The translations under genes were made by a program, and so were the position numbers. A stretch of 64,000 bases of DNA, from the NCBI GenBank assembly GCA_951406725.2, contig OX597832.1, forward strand, positions 13,020,001 through 13,084,000. Reading direction: 5' to 3'. The DNA is from Octopus vulgaris (lineage: Eukaryota). Of the stretch, positions 40,241-54,662 are shown piece by piece; positions within the stretch are counted from its first letter, which is position 1, and each line of letters opens with the position of its first letter. The notes beneath the pieces were generated by a model, which was not told the DNA's origin, searched no databases, and worked only from the letters and a program-made list of their open reading frames with translations.

Positions 40241-41779
40241 GGTTAAGGACAAGACACGACTTTGTTGAAACAGTCCTTCCCACAAAGCAAATTAAATAAA
40301 ATTTGGGATTTTTTTTGCGGAGGAGTAAAAGTAGTAACAAGAACAGGACAATAAAAACAAAACAAGACAGTAGAAGCAATGCACAAAACAAAAAAAAAAA
40401 AACAGTAAAAGACAGGACAAGGAGAATAACACAGTAAAAACAAAGAATGACGGCTGTTAAGCCAAGACGATGGGAAAATTATTTTGAACGCATTGAGGAG
40501 ACAGGATAAGCCGTCTTGACTCGTTGAAGATAGCAGTCGGAAAGATGGCTTCCCTCTGGTCACGTGTCAGTGACGAGAGGTAGGAGGAGGAGGAGTAAGA
40601 GAGAGAGAACGGTGAAAGGAAGAGGAGAATAATAGGGAAGGGTGGGAGAGAAAGCCAGAAAGGGTGAAGAACAAGAGAGGGAGTTTCCAGGTGAGAATGC
40701 GATCGATAAAGCTGTGGGAACGTGCATTTGTAAAATTGTTTTTCTTGGAATAGATAATGTCTATCTTTATTTCTTCTGTTGCTGGTGTCTCAAATTTAGG
40801 TTAAATCACTGTTTCTCAAAGGGGGGGGCCTATGTGATAGTCGGATAAGTTGTTTTGAGAATATATATATATACATACATATCTGGAATTGTATGTTACT
40901 CCAAAGTCTGTACGAACGAAGCTCATGTATACAGCATCTAACTGATTCATCCTATGTACCGGGTGTCTTATGTGAATGCCTTTCGACTATGTCACCACAT
41001 ATGAAATACTTTACACACATGTATTCACATACATTGACACACAAACATTCAGTATGCTCAGTGTGCATTTACTAAGAAAGAGTGTGTGAAAATATATGAA
41101 GAGGGAGAAGTTTACAATGAGAAAAGCGTAAAAAACAAAGACAGATTGACAGATAGAGAGATACACTCTTTTGGTGTCACGGATGTTGAAATTTTGAAAT
41201 TCAGTGACAATTTTCAAACTTGATATCTTGATATAAATTTTCACGTTGAAGTCGATTTTGTGACTCCAGAAAATTTTCAAAAAATGTAACAGAAGTTGAA
41301 AGCTTGATAAATTTTACCCAATACTAAAACAGGATTTGGGAGGTAGCATTTTCTGCGTGATAGATGTCTATCACAAAATGAAAGCAAGAAAATTAAAACG
41401 ACGAAGTTTTAAATAAAATGTAAGTAAATCATTACATGTCATTATCAAAAGAGGTGGAGAGGAGCATGCGCGAGAAATATGCCTAAACAGTCAAAGAGTG
41501 AGAGTGAGTGCGGTATATGCATAGAGAGAGGGAGTGAAATCGTAAGAGAGAGAAAGAGACAGACAGAGGTAGATTTGGTGATCTGAAAGTTGAGATATTT
41601 CTCGTGGCAAGTAATTCCTTATTATTAATAATCGTAAACATTCTCGTTGAGACACATATTTCGGAAACCAAATCCCTTTTTCTAGCGAACGCACCGTTTC
41701 AAATCCTTTGTGCGATATACACACATATATACACGCATATACTCTCATTTATATAGTGTATAGTTTTTATCTATCTATG

Positions 41780-41847
<68 letters not shown>

Positions 41848-41849
41848 TT

Positions 41850-42195
41850 TTATTTCTCCGCTTAGCGACTTGCTTCAGTCGCATTTAGTCGAATAAATCA
41901 ATCCGAGGGATTATTCTATGTAGGCCTAGTATTTATTCTATCGTTCTGTTTTGCTGAACCGCTAAGCCTTAAATACACCAGCATCGGTAGTAAAGCGATG
42001 GTGAGGGAGAAACAGGGGCACACAAATGCATATATATACATATATGTACAACGGGCTTCTTTCAGTTTACCTCAACCAAATCCGCTGAAGGCTTTAGTCG
42101 GTACAAAGCCTATATTAGAAGACACTTGCACAAGGTGTCAGGCACAAGGACTGAACTCGGAAGCATGTGGTTGGGAAGCAAGCTTCTTACTACAC
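41850..42195 (-). mobile_element. Degenerate SINE family A
   Basis: Diverged consensus. Confidence 0.7.
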
Positions 42196-42206
42196 GCATA
42201 TATTTA

Positions 42207-42240
<34 letters not shown>

Positions 42241-42328
42241 CATGTGTATATATATATGTGTGTGTGTGTATGTAATATGTCTATATATATGTATATATAT
42301 ATGCATTTATATATGTATACATATATAC

Positions 42329-42393
<65 letters not shown>

Positions 42394-43290
42394 CTTCTTT
42401 ATGTGTATGCATGTGTGCGTGTGTGTGTGTATGTTTAAATGTATGTGTGGTGGGGTGTTCAAATTTAGTTATAAAAAATAGTTATCTTGTATATTTTGAC
42501 GTAACGAAATGCGACTGGTCCGCTGTCCTCATCTAAATTTGATGAAACTAAATCAATCGAAATAGAATCAGAATTAGCGAACTATAAGCAGTGAATGTAA
42601 AGTATTTTCAGAATCCTTATCTTCCTTGTATCTTGCCGCTCGTTGTAATTTATTTTGACTGGATTTAGTTTATAAGTATTCTAGAACTGATAGCTCACAT
42701 GTCGTCTTGTAATGACTGCTTGGTAATTATGTTCGTGAACAGATATATATATCGACGTGTGCTTGAAGGATCAGATATGAGAAAGCTGTTTTGGAATATG
42801 TGAGCTACTATAGAACAAATGTGACGGAAACTCTCACATACTTTGATAAGATGATCAATTTAGATATTCTCACATTTCAAATTTGATATAAGGCAGTACA
42901 TGCGGTTGTAGTAACGGAACTCTGTAATGTAGACGGTGTGTCTGTGCTTTCAATATTTAATTCACTCATGCCAAGTCGGCATCTTTTCAGTTAACTGTTT
43001 AAATTTAAATAACTTTCAAGTAAATTATCAGTTCCATTAATCATACTCAATTAACAAATTCAACCTTTTCCTTGGAAATGAATTATAATTATGTAATACG
43101 TGCTTTAATCACCATCAAAAACGCATGCATTGCAAAAAGAAATGAATTTCTCAAGAAGATTGGGATAAATCTTAGTCATAAAAATGTTGCTTTTCTTCCT
43201 TCTTAAATATTCAGTTTTACGTCATATAAAATATAAGAGAAACCAAACCGAACATGTATTTCATTTTTCCATAGCTATCTATTAAGTATA

Positions 43291-43521
43291 AGGCGGCGAG
43301 CTGGCAGAAACGTTAGCACGCCGGGCGAAATCCGTAGCCGTATTTCGTCTGCCGTTATGTTCTGGGTTCAAATTCCGCCGCGATTGACTTTGCCTTTCAT
43401 CCTTTCGGGGTCGATAAATTAAGTAACAGTTACGCGCTGGGGTCGAGGCAATCGACTTAATCCGTTTGTCTATCCTTGTTTGTCCCCTCTGTGTTTAGTC
43501 CCCTGTGGGTAGTAAAGAAAT
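43291..43521 (+). mobile_element. SINE family B, full-length monomer
   Basis: Consensus head to gtaaagaaata; flanked by a probable TSD tatctattaagtataa. Confidence 0.88.
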
Positions 43522-44076
43522 ATATCTATTAAGTATAAGTTTACTATACCAATTAACGGACTATAACCTTATTTCACATAAAATATTTTCTTTTGTCTTT
43601 CATTTCGTTCTGTCTTTTGACTGCAGCTATACTGGGGCACCACCTAAATGGGTTTTTCCTCTAGCAAATCGAACCTAGACTTCAATTTATTACAGCTGGT
43701 GCCTATTCTATTGGTCGCTCTTGCTAAACAGCCATATTTCGAGGCAGTACACAAATGAACATCGGTTATCAAGCGGTGATGGGAGAAAAGCACAAACGCA
43801 AACACACACATAAGAATAAATACGTGTGTGTATGTGTGTATGTGTATATGAATGTAGGTATGTATGTATACGATCAGTTTTTAATTTTTAATACGTTTCA
43901 GTTTCCTTTAGAGGTGAGGAATTAGGCAAATTGTAAGGTAGAAATCTTGATATTTATTTAATAGTGTTGTGTGTGTATATTATTGAGACCTAACGAAGTG
44001 CCTACGTACATACATCAATATATTCCTTACCAATACACGGATGTACTGCAACAACAATGATACACTACAAATACTA

Positions 44077-44630
44077 TTGGGTTATCAGGAAAGTTCATGC
44101 CGGTTTTTAAAGGGAAAAAAAGGTCAATAAATACTTGCCATTACAATTTTAATCAACCAAATATGAACCATTTTGTTGCACAATGCATCTCCATCTTTCC
44201 TTTAACTCGAAAATAACCTCTTCCCAGAATTGAGGTGGTCTCATGGCAAATAATTCATCAAGGTATCTTTTTACGTCATCCAAGGAATTGAAATTTTTAC
44301 CATTAAGACTATTCTGTAGAGACCTGAATAAGTGGGAATCCGAAGGAGCAATATCTGTTGAATATGGAGGGTGGGGTAACACATCCCAGCCGAGTTGCAG
44401 CAATTTTTGTCCGGTTCCCAAAGCATCAAATGCCGAAAATGAACTTTCTTATCTTCCATTTTTAAGGGGTACAGAATTAACACAGGTTATAGCAATATAA
44501 AAATTCTTCCACGAAAAGATAGCTCTAAATGGAGGTGTAGTCAAATCCCATTTTATGGACTCAACCATGTTCTAAAATAAGTCGAAAGATAAGTTACTAT
44601 ATATCGGCACGAACATTCCGGACAACCCAA
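44077..44630 (-). mobile_element. Internally deleted mariner transposon
   Basis: ~28-bp TIRs (ttgggttatcaggaaagttcatgccg / cggcacgaacattccggacaacccaa) with TA TSDs. N-terminal MEDKKVHFRHLML is joined to C-terminal LGWDVLPHPPYSTDIAPSDSHLFRSLQNSL...ERWRCIVQQNGSY. Confidence 0.92.
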
Positions 44631-44924
44631 TAAATACAGAAATACTGCTAAGCCTCTGATTGTCCATTGTCACTCATCACATTACTGAGAACTCACTTGG
44701 AAAGAACATTTCAGAGAGATTGTTACGTCCGTCATTATATTGGCATGGCTGATGAGACGCTTCCGTTGGGAGACAAATATAAATGTGAATTGACCTGGAA
44801 TCTACGTATGTATTATAATTTCAATTGTTTTTTTTTCCTTTGTTATTGTATATGCGGGCTTTCTTTCCTACCAGCAGTATATACTGATACGTACTTACGA
44901 ACATAAATACATCCATCCATTATG

Positions 44925-44955
<31 letters not shown>

Positions 44956-45008
<53 letters not shown>

Positions 45009-45023
45009 AGGATAGATAGATAT

Positions 45024-45054
<31 letters not shown>

Positions 45055-45061
45055 TATATAT

Positions 45062-45139
<78 letters not shown>
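44956..45139. repeat. (GATA)n microsatellite
   Basis: Direct inspection. Confidence 0.95.
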
Positions 45140-45897
45140 TAAAGTTTACATAAATATATATTTCAGAGATATAACTTTTACCGTTAAAATAAAAAGCGAC
45201 ACTATTTTTGATAGAACGTAACCTTTGTGAAGAGGGCTCAATTTACCTAACATCATCTTGGCAGTGTTACCGAAGAAGCATGGAATATTGGGGTAAGAGG
45301 AAACGAGTGAAGAATTTTATCTATTTTTTACTATCTTATTCTTTCCAGAAATTATTAAGGAGCATCTAATTATGCCGTGACCTATTACAGAAGTTAATAT
45401 AAGACATATATTTTTTCTCATTAAGTGGAAAATTTAACTTCTATGGCTTAGAAAACATATAAGACAGTGTATGACGTATTTCTTAATTATAATCGTTTGA
45501 ATGGAAATTACTCTTCAATAGGAAGAAAAACTATATATTTATGTATACATTTTATCTCATGTAAGACATGTATCATGGTTTATGAATGGTGATTTCAAAA
45601 GTGTGAGACAGTCTCTTATATATATATATGAATATGTGTGTGTTTGTGAGTGTGTGTATGTGCGTGCGTGTGTGAATTGCTCGAAATACGGAGTAGAAAA
45701 ACACCCGACAACAGATGAAAGGTCGTTCTTTGTCTTGTTTTCCATTTGTTTCTTGCGTTATTAGCCTAAAAAAGTTTGTATTCCACGTTTTCGTATTTTG
45801 TATTTCAGGTTCTTTACGTTCTGTGACGTCCTGTATCAATATGTGCATATGTATGTAAGGTGTGTAACATATATGTATGTATATATGCATATATATG

Positions 45898-45941
<44 letters not shown>

Positions 45942-45978
45942 ACATATATATATATATATATAATTTACATATATATAC

Positions 45979-46069
<91 letters not shown>

Positions 46070-46463
46070 TGTATATATATATATATATATCGGGAACGAC
46101 AGTTGAACAGTGTAAGGTACAATCAAGCGCAATGAAATGGGATTGACCATCATATGTTTGGAACAATCCAAGTAAAATTATGTTCAATTACAATACATCG
46201 GATTTATTGTTCACAGTATCTCTAATGACATTTGCGTAAACTAATCCTAAATCTGATTTCCTCATAGAACCAGTTCAGATCAAAGAAAGAATTCGACTAA
46301 TGAGTTAGTAATTCGATTTATTTCCATATCTCTTGAAACCAATTAGGACCACAATGTCGTTCATTTTGCGCCTTATATTTTGTTATAATATACGTGTTCA
46401 TCATATGTACAAAGTAGTACGAATTAAATTATAACTCATATTTAAAGAAAAATATATCTACTG

Positions 46464-46499
<36 letters not shown>

Positions 46500-48138
46500 C
46501 TGCAATTTCTGTATACATAATGATTATCGTTACCTACATTTTGACGTTGATTGAGAGTGGATATTTTTTTTCTCATTAATCGTTCAAATGATTTGTTTCA
46601 GTAATCACTTTCAGAATAACAGCTATTATAGAAGTAAATAAAAAGAATGACTCAACCCATTTACCTGAAATTATTTACTAATTAAGATCACGAGATTGAA
46701 TTTCATACAAAAAGAAAAAAAAATAGAACGTCGGAAATTCATATTCACCCCTTTCAAAGCAAATCTTGTAAAGAATTATATTGATACTACCGACTTATTT
46801 TAGTATGTCAAACATTTGTTCATTTTTGATGTGAATTTAAGCAGTCTTTTCACAGCATTATAATATTGAGATTATATCAAATTTTACTAATTATAATACA
46901 TAAACAATATGATTGTAGTGAAACGGTCGGGAACTGGAAAACATGTCTCATTCAATTTTTTCTGCTAAGTATCTATTGAACTCTCACCAACAAGCAAAGG
47001 CCGATTTACATTGCAGTGATCCATTCTCAAAAAATCAGCATCGTATCTGACTGTGATGAAGACCAACGATTAATTATATTAGAAGTTTGCGATTCATCCA
47101 AATTTATAAGTAAATCACAGAAGGTTTGTTATTCAGCCTCACTGTATTTGGCATAAAGTGTTGCTTCTAGATCTGTTCGCAATGGTGTATGTCTTCCATT
47201 AATACATTGGATAAAATGTTATTCTCCGCATTCATCAAATTTACAGTATGAAAATTGTAATAGACCAATCCCGCGTTCGCATCCATTCTAGACATCACAG
47301 AGAACGAGAAATGTTACCGTTCTGCTGTCAGTTGTTCAAAACTTCCAAAAGGTTATCGAATTAGATGGGTGTATGGGCGTAAGACTGGTACAGTAGACCA
47401 TCTAGACAGCATAAAGTTTCTCTCGCAAAGCTAGAGAGCGAAATATTTATAAGCTTTTAAATGGCTTCCCCTGTCGAGGTGTAGAGGACTGTAGTGTGAA
47501 GGCGTTGATTAACGTCATGATTATAAGTTTACATTTTGGATCCATGAATATGGTCTGTGTTTTGAGTTCCTTTTCATGATGAAACAGCTCTGCAACGCGG
47601 TTTCTGATCCAGGCTGCCCTATCGATACGTATACCTTGTAAATGTTCATGATGGACACGTCCCAGGAATTCTGGTTGAGCTGACGGTTAACCCGTCAATA
47701 TATAATGATATACCCAAAACGCACATACATTCTTGCTATTTATCAATAAAACCATATTGGCCGGAGAGATACAAATGACAGTGGATAATTGCCTTTCTCC
47801 AAATAATTGCGGATGATCTGGCTTTCAGACCAACGCTATATTATACTACTTTGTTGTACCTTGGAAAACACTTTCGTCATTAAAGAATTTTCGCTACAAT
47901 TTCTTGAGTAGCTTCCGAGATAAGAGCTGGGGTAAAATACTATTGCATTGCTTCATGAATGGTTTGTCTGTTTGTTAGGTTAAGTTTCCGTATGTATGTA
48001 GCTCTAAGTTTGAATATTCCACTATGTATACCATCTTCCTTCATCCAGAAATTATGTTGGACATGTTGGTCGGGACAAGCAGTGAAGGCCATACTTTCAG
48101 AGTGGTGACGGTTTAAGCATGAATATGTGTAGGGCCGC

Positions 48139-48203
<65 letters not shown>

Positions 48204-48451
48204 TGTCAGTCGTCCAGTAGGTTTGTCGGGAGCATACCGCTCTTTAGTACTGGAAAGAAACTGGAATGACATTTCAGACGAACGGTGTTGCTTATGGTTC
48301 CGAAATGTATAATGTTTTAAAGGTTTACTGTTGAAGATATTGTTTCTGGTATTGCTTTTGTTTTCTATTTGTTGATGTGTCGGCAGTGCCAGTAGTGGTG
48401 ATACTCTGGTTGTGTGGCTGGTTGCCTGAAATTTGGCCTTGCCCTCGAGGC

Positions 48452-48527
<76 letters not shown>

Positions 48528-48590
48528 TGTCAGTCGTCCAGTAGGTTTGTCGGGAGCATACCGCTCTTTAGCACTGGAAAGAAACTGAAG
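48139..48590 (-). mobile_element. Two retroelement-like 3' ends, each followed on the minus strand by (TAA)n
   Basis: ~63-bp direct repeat at 48201-48264 and 48525-48588, each adjoining a (TTA)n tract. Confidence 0.55.
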
Positions 48591-49195
48591 GAGTTTCTTA
48601 AGAGTGGGTTGATGGTTGAGGCTATATTCTTGAAATTTTTCTGAATAGTTCTCTAGTATTTGTCGATGTTGCTATTGCAGTTCTTGTATTCTGTCTTCAT
48701 GGGGATATATGTGTGTGTGTTTGGATATGTATGTGTATGTGTGTGAGTGCGCGTGTTCGTATGTATGAATAGCAGGAGTAAGGGGCAGAGAGTGTGTGCT
48801 TAAGAGAATTTTTATTTCTGAAATTAAGATGAGAAAGTGACAAATGATCTACATTTAGCCAACAATGTAATGTAGAAAATATTCACCCCAACAATGGAAA
48901 GCATAAACTGAACAGAAGTTCGATTACTAACAGTGGCATTAAGAAAGGTGTCGACTATGTCTGCATTAGTGACAAATTTTTGGAGATCGGCAACAGAGCT
49001 TTTACCTGGATTGTGTCGCAAATTGACAGCTTACTGTCATTGATACTGTCAAAATCACCAGCATCAATTCAAGGGATTATATTAGACATTATATAACATA
49101 CCGTAGGGCCTAAATTCGGCAGGGTTGGACGTATACAATTATAACGAAAAATCATAAAAGGTATAATAGCATCCATACTGAAAATAGCGTTGTTT

Positions 49196-49228
<33 letters not shown>

Positions 49229-49244
49229 AGTTGCAGGTTGTTTT

Positions 49245-49548
49245 TTTCTTGTTCCTTCTCGGGCCATGCCTGGTTCATAAGAACCGGTTTACCGGTTTCC
49301 TTGGCGTATAGGCTCCCCATCTGAACGGGACGCCGGTCCGTCGCAGGTGAGCTGCAAGATGCAGGAGGAAAGAGTGAGAGAAAGTTGTGGCGAAAGAGTC
49401 AGCAGAAGTTCGCCATTACCTTCTGCCGGGGCCGTGTGGAGCTTAGGTGTTTCGCTCATAAACATACACATCACCTGGTCTGAGATTCGAACCCGCTATA
49501 CCTCGACCGCAGGTCCGCTGCTCTAACCACTAGGCCATGTGGCTCCAC
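49245..49548 (-). mobile_element. SINE family C, tail type 2, ending in (CAA)n/(CAC)n
   Basis: Head gtggagccacatggcctagtggttagagcagcggacc..gttcgaatctc; shared cacaactttctctcactct body. Confidence 0.78.
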
Positions 49549-50525
49549 TAGTTGGAAGTTAATGGAGGTGAAGCATGTAAACGAAACCCAAATCATGAAA
49601 GTTCTTTTTCGAAACATATACGCCAAACATTATTTTCAAGGTGAGCTCTTTGCGATTTAAAGTATACTCGACTACCACTTCTGGCAAATCATAAGAGCTC
49701 GGAGAAACTTCTACATTATTCTCTTTTTTTCTTTTATGCAAATTATATATGACAAGGAAGTATATATCTGATTTTTTATGACAAGGAAGTATATATCTCG
49801 CTATCATATAACGTCTGTGACAAGAAGTGAAAATGGAGGGAGTGGAATATTTAAACATTACGAAAAGCACAGTCTTTTTTATGAATCTCTGCTGTTAAAA
49901 CTTTACGGCAGTGAAAACATGAAGCTAGAAGATAAAAAAAAAATTAAAAACAATTAAAGAACGGACGAATTTTGATCATCTTCAGGAGAAAAAAAAATTA
50001 GCAATTCGTCGTTTTTAGCCAATTAAGATATTAATGTGAACATAAAGCTGATAAAATAAAGCAGGAACACCGTTTAATTCCTCAGAATGCACAAAAGTTT
50101 TTGCACATAAATAGCCGCTACAATGACAAGTTAAGGAGTTTAACCGTTGTAAGCTGTCACAGAGGCAGATTAACGCTTAAAGCGTTTATACAGAATTTAT
50201 TAGTTTGAAAAGCATTATATGCCGTTCGGTGTTTTCGCTGTTAGAAATAGTAATTTTGAGATGGAACTAAAGTTCTTATTTATATTAATCTGTTAAAACA
50301 TTTGTATGCAATACCAAGGGTTAATTTATTACATTACTCTTTTAGTGTAATTTAAAACAGGCTAGGGCAGTGTTTTATGTGTTCTATAGATCATAGTGAT
50401 CACAATATTTACTTCAGTTTGGGATTTATTTCCTAGAGCTATGGTTTGTTGATAAGTTAAGATACCATTTTAACAAAACAAAAGCGGTTTTGATTTTTCT
50501 TTTCTAGCTAAAGGTGTTCGTAGTT

Positions 50526-50935
50526 ACTCTCTTTACTCTTTTACTCTTTTACTTGTTTCAGTCATTTGACTTTGGCCATGCTGGAGCTTCGCCTTTAGTC
50601 GAGCAAATCGACTCCAGGACTTACTCTTTGTAGGCCGAGTACTTATTGTATCGGCCTCTTTCGCCTAACCGCTAAGTTACGGGGATGTAAACACACCAGC
50701 ATCTGTTGTCAAATGATGTTAGGGGGACAAACACAGAAACACAAACACATACACACATATACATATATACATATATACGACGGGATTCTTTTAGTTTCCG
50801 TCAACCAAATTTACTCACAAGGCTTTAGTCGGCCCGATGCTATAGTAGAAGACACAAGGTGCCACGCAGTGGGACTGAACCCGGAACCATGTGTTTCATA
50901 AGCAAGCTATTTACCACACAGCCACTCGTACGCCT
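50526..50935 (-). mobile_element. SINE family A
   Basis: Reverse-complement consensus. Confidence 0.85.
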
Positions 50936-51199
50936 AAAAATACACGATCCTCCATAACAATGGCAACACAGAGACACTGTCACGCATACATGCATTCACA
51001 CATTCACAAATAAAAGTACTTTCTTATTTATATCAGTTAGTTGAAATTTCATTGTTCATCAGAAAGGGCATATACAGTATTTTATTCTTTTTGATTTTTA
51101 CTCTTACATACAAACACATGCACACATACATACATACATACATACATACATACATACATACATACATACATACATACATACATACATACATACAAACAT

Positions 51200-51750
51200 A
51201 CATGGTGGCTGCCCCCTCGTTATCGAATATAGCCATTGCACGAAGCTTAATCAATGTTGTTATCGTGCAATGCCTGTGCAAGAATTTTTTTGTAAAGTGA
51301 GGAAAGGCTGTGCACTGAGTCAATCCCACTCACAAACAACAGCAGCCATAATCCGAAAAGAAGAACAAGTCAACATCATCGGTAACCACTGAGCCGCAGG
51401 TTTTATGTCAGAGTTATCCCAGTTACCTGTGTTACCTTCTCCTAGAAGGATGCCCTAACAAAGGCTAGGAGTCTTTCACACCCAATGGTTTAACCGCGCG
51501 ATCGGGTATTCAGTCCGATTATTTCTATGTCCCCACGCATGATACAGCCTTAAGACATTTATTGGATGGCCGTTGACTCTCAAGAGTTCCTCCGCCCTTT
51601 GACGGGTCTTGTTTTTCATCCCACGGGGTGTCCAATAAACACCCTCCACACCAAGCAAGCTTGGTGGGTTTGCCGGTTTAGTCGACGACGACCCGACCAT
51701 GCAACCGGTTGTAGTGGGTTACATGTTACCAGTAGCACTCGAAAGTGACC
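51200..51750. mobile_element. Probable RTE-type retroelement UTR-derived repeat
   Basis: GC-richer island with a ccttctcctagaaggatgccctaacaaaggcta motif resembling RTE UTRs; recalled similarity only. Confidence 0.35.
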
Positions 51751-51829
51751 TAACATACATACATATATACATACATATATACATTATACATACAACTTTT
51801 GAATGTCCATTCTAGCTGATATTTCTTTC

Positions 51830-52040
51830 GCCGCCACGGAGCTTTACTCTCGCAGTTCTCCATATATGAACATTTTCAGCGGTAGTTGATCTACATTTTT
51901 CGACCGCGGCAAAAAACCACCACAGCTGGTGACGTAACAGCTCTGCTACTATGCTGGTCACTCTCGTCCAATCAATTTCTTGCCAATGATGGCTCAAAAT
52001 GGTTCGTAAATTTGTCTGATGGACGCGTTCCAACATCTTT
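51830..52040 (-). pseudogene. RTE-clade LINE ORF remnant
   Basis: LERVHQTNLRTILSHHWQE..TSIVAELLRHQLWW resembles LERFHQRCLRKILxIHWQD..SIEALLLRHQLRW. Confidence 0.7.
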
Positions 52041-52535
52041 ATGCGTTTTCGATAAAGTGCCTAATTTTCTTCGAAGCACAAGACAGCTGTGAAAACAAGC
52101 TCTTGTAAAACATGAACAGAGATTTCCAGAGGTATTATGCTATAATACAATATATTGATGATTTGCAGAGTAAAAGGTTCGTTGCAGAGAACGGGTACGA
52201 TCGATTGAATCCATATTAATCGTATATGACAGCATTCTGTCAGATTATAAAAAAGTACTTATCATAAAAAATATTATTAGCTATTTGCTTATAGTGAAGT
52301 TAATTTCACATCTATCTAAGGCTCTAGAAATTGAATAAAAAACTAAAATAAAACTGGATTTCCGTCAGTTTCGGTGATAAGCAATCAGTTGTTTAATCGA
52401 TTTAACAACTTGTTCGTTGTAATTAGGGTGTCAATGGTAAAATATTCTGCAGACACATGTAATTAATACCCAAATAACACAGTGAGAAACTACAGCAACA
52501 CTTCAACCAAATGTGTTTCTACGAAGTTTCCTACT

Positions 52536-53092
52536 GGGCGAAATGTTTAGCGGTATTTCGTCTGCCGTTACGTTGTGAGTTCAAATTCCGCCGAGGTCGA
52601 CTTTGCCTTTCATCCTTTCGGGGTCGATAAATTAAGTACCAGTTACGCACTGGGGTCGATGTAATCGACTTAATACATATGCCTGTCCATTGTTTGTCCC
52701 CTTGTGGGTAATAAAGAAATAGGTATTTCGTCTGCCGTTACGTAGTGAGTTCAAATTCCGCCGAGGTCAACTATGCCTTTCATCCTTTCGGGATCGATAA
52801 ATTAAGTACCAACTATGCACTGGGGTCGATGTAATCGACTTAATCTGTTTGTCTGTCCTTGTTTGTCCCCTCTATGTTTATCCCCTTTTGGATAATAAAG
52901 AAATAGGTATTTCGTCTGCCGTTACGTTCCGAGTTCAAATTCCACCGAGGTCAACTTTGCCTTTCATCCTTTCGGGGTCGATTAAATAAGTACCAGTTAC
53001 GCACTGGGGTCGATATAATGCATGTCCTTGTTTGTCCCTTCTGTGTGTAGCCCTTTGTGGGCTGAGCCCCTTGTGGGCAGTAAAGAAATAGG
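52536..53092 (+). mobile_element. SINE family B head-to-tail trimer
   Basis: Three ~170-185 bp units joined at aaagaaatag|gtatttcgtctgccgttacg. Confidence 0.85.
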
Positions 53093-53742
53093 TTTAAATC
53101 GAGACAGTGAAAAAAGTCAGCCAAGATACCACCCGGTGGAATCGAACACTGGATTTCGTTACTTCCATACGAACTACTTAACAATTCAGCTACTTATTAA
53201 ATTGTTTCAACTGCCTCAACCAGACCCCGGAGAGAACGAGAAGGAAGTTATTGGCTTGAAGAATAATTTTAGCAAATAAATCACAAGCTAATCTCACCCA
53301 GGACTTTTACATAAGGTAATTAGCTTTCCATTTCTATGAGTGTAATTTCTTAATGGATGGATTATATATTCAATTCAAGGTGCAGCCTTAGCTAACACTG
53401 TATCGGTCTGATTCAGCATGAGGATTACGTTAAGCGTACACGTGTCAGCGGAATTACTCACTCCATTCGACCCTAATGTAGTGTGCACACCGGGCGTTTT
53501 CAGCAAACAAAGAAATAAACTGAAATGCAAAACCGATGATGATCCATTTTTATAACTATATTATTTATATAACTGTACTCGTTCACGTATGTTCGAAACT
53601 ACGCGTTTGAGAGAGAGAGAGACAAATACAGAGACAGAGAGAGACAGATACAGAGACAGAGACAGAGAGAGGGAAGGGGAAAGAGGTAGAGAGAGGGAGA
53701 GAGACAGTTTGTGTGTCTGAGAGGTAGAGAGTCTCTGTGTGT

Positions 53743-53802
<60 letters not shown>

Positions 53803-54195
53803 AAGTGTCTGTGTGTGTATGTGTGTGAGAGAGAAATAGTCTAAATGTGTATGTATATGTGAGAGACTCTATGTGTGAGAGAGAAAGATTCTGTGAGTGT
53901 GTGTGTGAGAGAGGGGGAGGGAGGAGACGGAGGGGAAAGAGACAGACTGACAGTGTCTGTGTGTGTATGCGTGTGTATGTGAGAGAGAATTTGTGTGTGT
54001 ATGGATGCTTGTTAGTGTGTGTTTGTATCATTGTATATCTCCTTTGTTTACCGTTTACTTGTTTCAGTAATTAGGCAGCGGCCTTAACGAATTATAGCCT
54101 AATGCATTGACCAGTCTATTTAATTGTTTAAAGCCTTGTCCTGTGAAGGCTCAGCAGGTAGGTAGTAGTAGATCTGAAGAAATATTTAATAAAAT

Positions 54196-54600
54196 GCGTA
54201 GGAATGGCTGTGTGGTAAGTAGCTTGCTTACCAACCACATGGTTCCGGGTTCAGTCCCACTGTGTGACACCTTGGACAATTGTCTTCTACTATAGCCTCG
54301 GGCCTACCAAAGCCTAGTGAGTGGATTTGGTAGACGGAAACTGAAAGAAGCCCGTTGTATATATATATATATATATATATATAAATATATGTTTGTGTGT
54401 CTGTGTTTGTCCCCCACACCATCGCTTGACAACCGATGCTGGTGAGTTTACGTCCCCGTAACTTAGCAGTTCGTCAAAACAGACCGATCGAATAAGTACT
54501 AGGCTTACAAAGAATAAGTCCTGGGGTCGATTTGCTCAACTAAAGGCGGTGCGGTGCTCCAGCAGGGCCACAGTCAAATGACTGAAAACCGTAAAAGAGT
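54196..54600 (+). mobile_element. SINE family A
   Basis: Consensus match. Confidence 0.85.
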
Positions 54601-54625
54601 ATACATACATACATGCAGACAAAAT

Positions 54626-54662
<37 letters not shown>

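Noticed and set aside
40195-40245. CUGAAGA and CGAA motifs (minus strand) in the 40076/45680 repeat
   Set aside because: Could not build consistent stems I-III
52536-53092. CRISPR-like array
   Set aside because: Eukaryotic context; units are ~180-bp SINE copies without unique spacers
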